NCBI RefSeq assembly: GCF_032062105.1
Contig: NW_026940419.1
Coordinates: 1 to 64,000 of the forward strand
DNA from: Saccostrea cucullata
Taxonomy: Eukaryota
Length of the DNA: 64,000 bases
Reading direction: 5' to 3'
The notes under the pieces: model-generated
Databases searched by the model: none
What the model saw: the letters and a program-made list of their open reading frames with translations, nothing else
Told to the model about the DNA's origin: nothing
Shown here: positions 61,926 to 64,000 of the stretch, in pieces
How the letters are laid out: every line of letters begins with the position of its first letter
Numbering within the stretch: position 1 is the first letter of the stretch
Position numbers and translations under genes: made by a program

Positions 61926-64000
61926 CTAATCTTCACCGAATTCATCTTCTTCATCCGGGTCATCGTCTGGATCCTCGTCGTCTGCGCTGTGAGGCGTAGG
62001 TATAGTGAGATCAATCATTCTGTGTCCTATAAAGAGAAATCCGTAAAATAGAAGTAATGTCATTTAAAATAAATACATCTTCTTTTTGGCAATTATGACC
62101 ACATCTACTTAATTATGAAAACTGATGTTTACGAGCCTTTTGAGGACTTTCAAAAATACCTTAATTATTATTTTTTTTATATATATTTACTCACCAGTTC
62201 CTTTGTATAATTCTCGGCATCGTGCAATGTCTACATCACAACCCAATCCTTTTAATGATAAATAGTTTACATTCACCGGTGAGAATCTGAGAGTGTAAAG
62301 CGACCTGAGATCACCACAGAAATCCACCAAAATATTCTCCTGAAAGAGAAATCTTGTTACCAGAGCACCATTCCAAATAAGGACAAAATAGTAACCTAAA
62401 ACAAAAGCTTTGCTTGTATCAAATATACGGATTTAACGAACAGTATTTACGCTCAAAAATCCATTCAAACAATTATCAATGAGGAGCAAAGCAAACATGG
62501 ACCCGTAAAACATGAGAGGTGGAATCAGCTGTCATGGAGGAGCGAGCATCCTCTGCCGACCGGCCACACCCACCCTGTGCTCGGAAATCGGAAGATAACG
62601 GGAAAACTGTTGACAATTCGGTGTGTAAATAATGACCTAAAATATTGTTTCAGAGGTCTGTGTTTGTTTTGCTCGTGATTTGTATTGTTTAAATTGACTT
62701 CGACCTTGGATACCGTTTGTTGTCTCCAAATATTTCACTTGTCATTTTTAGACTTAATCTCCCAACAATCTATTGGGATTCCCATGGGCACAAATTGTTC
62801 CCTGTTATAAAAAGACATATTCTTGAATTCCTATGAAGCAGACAATATTTAAAATAAAACATACCGTTTCCTTCAACTTGACATTTAGATACTAGTATAA
62901 CGACAACGTATAATCGTTCAACAATAATAATTTTCATACATATGTCGACATAAAATATCTCACAGTGAACACCAAAAATTAGTCTGACACATCTGTATCA
63001 CATTTAGATGTGTGTTATTTTAATTGTAACTCAACATTATTTTTACAATAAACGTATTACCTTCTCTTTTTCTAGTGTCAACTTTCCTTCCTTATGTACA
63101 GTAATTAGATAGCCCAATAGCCAACATAGCAGGATTTTGTCTCTCATTAATTCATTTGTTTCGTGATTTAAGAGCACGCTCTACGTACAAACGGTTTCTA
63201 AAACGAAGCAAGCTAGTGACTGAAATATTGACGTAGTCAAGTAAATCACTTGGTGTATTCAAAATTAAGCGAAATCACTTGGCATTCAGTTATTGGCGTA
63301 TTCCTGAATTAGCGCTACACACTTCCGCGCTGTATATTGTATTTATAAATTGCTTTTAGCGGTATTCATAGATTAGCGTACCGTTGTCCGCACCCAAGCG
63401 CTAAAATATTAAGCCCACTTTTTAAAGTACATGTACATCATCTTACGCTTTAAACAGAGACAAGGTGTAATGTACCAACACTGGGGCATGTATTGGCAAA
63501 GAGATCTTTATGCATGTGTTCTATTTGACATAACAATGAACATGACTCCAAAGAATTATAATTATGGATAATGATGTTTTGTGCCTTTGTCTTTAGAAAA
63601 ATAATACGCAAAGAGCTAAGAATAAACAATTGTTTTATAATTATGTTTATGAAAGCAAAGTGAGGGGTTCCTTTAATTGCTGGCAAGAGAAAGATATCCC
63701 TTTGATCAATGAGACTAATATAAGTTCCAGGAATAGGCACAAATTTGCAGCCTCCCACTGGCAAGTGGTGGCGCCTCCACATCAATGAAAAATTATAAGA
63801 GGGATGTTTTAAAACAACACACAAACAAACTTACGTTTCCATCTAGTTTAAGAGATGACACACACTCCATGGTTTTGACATTCCAGACCCGGATGGCATT
63901 CTCTTCCATCAGCCTGCTGTGTGTAATGAAATATTTTGCTCCTTTCCTCAGAGGCGGTATAGTCACAGGAACAGCATGTCCACTCAACCGATGCAAAATG
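61926..64000 (-). CDS. 3' end (last three exons) of a WD40-repeat protein with an acidic tail; partial
   Basis: Exons >=64000-63835 (LHRLSGH...NAIRVWNVKTMECVSSL, WD40 signature), 62339-62195 and 62026-61926 join in frame through GT-AG introns. Ends DDEDPDDDPDEEDEFGED*. Confidence 0.78.
62510..63230 (+). mobile_element. Penelope-like remnant: inverted terminal block followed by decayed RT, in an intron of the WD40 gene
   Basis: IGIPMGTNCS...IFLNSYEAD at about 62772-62845 and FNLTFRY downstream. Terminal block GAGGTGGAATCAG...CCGGCCACACCC at about 62516-62575 lies in the opposite orientation to the RT. Confidence 0.7.
63733..63830 (+). mobile_element. SINE 3' fragment abutting a splice donor of the WD40 gene
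   Basis: AAATTTGCAGCC...GGTGGCGCCTCCA...GAAAAATT...(CAAA)n. Confidence 0.7.

Overview
AT-rich, intron-containing eukaryotic DNA. The repeat landscape (pearl/CvA-type tandem-repeat-carrying elements, tRNA-headed SINEs with (CAAT)n tails, Penelope-like RT remnants) points to a bivalve, most likely a true oyster; this is inferred, not searched. Supportable genes: (1) the first coding exon of a minus-strand gene running off the left edge (14344-13991); (2) a single-exon RING-less B-box/coiled-coil/NHL (TRIM-like) gene (24729-26450, -); (3) four co-oriented minus-strand genes at 27.1-47.1 kb, built by hand from splice signals, which share one architecture (TATA box, short non-coding exon, phase-1 signal-peptide exon, low-complexity basic body) and encode secreted cationic, His/Gly/Pro-rich proteins of no family I recognise; (4) a 4-exon kyphoscoliosis-peptidase-like (transglutaminase-fold) gene with an intact Cys-His-Asp triad and an N-terminal MGCGSS acylation motif (56150-58801, +); (5) the 3' end of a WD40 gene (61926-64000, -). 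The best candidate for an undescribed system is the secreted-protein cluster: one member carries about 14 near-perfect 12-aa repeats (SHPGRGRQDKFD) hidden behind a 1-nt frameshift, and the others end in strongly basic helices next to Gly-Lys-Arg processing/amidation motifs. The rest is introns and intergenic DNA with many nested non-autonomous transposons. Splice models and coordinates were read by eye and may be off by a few bases.
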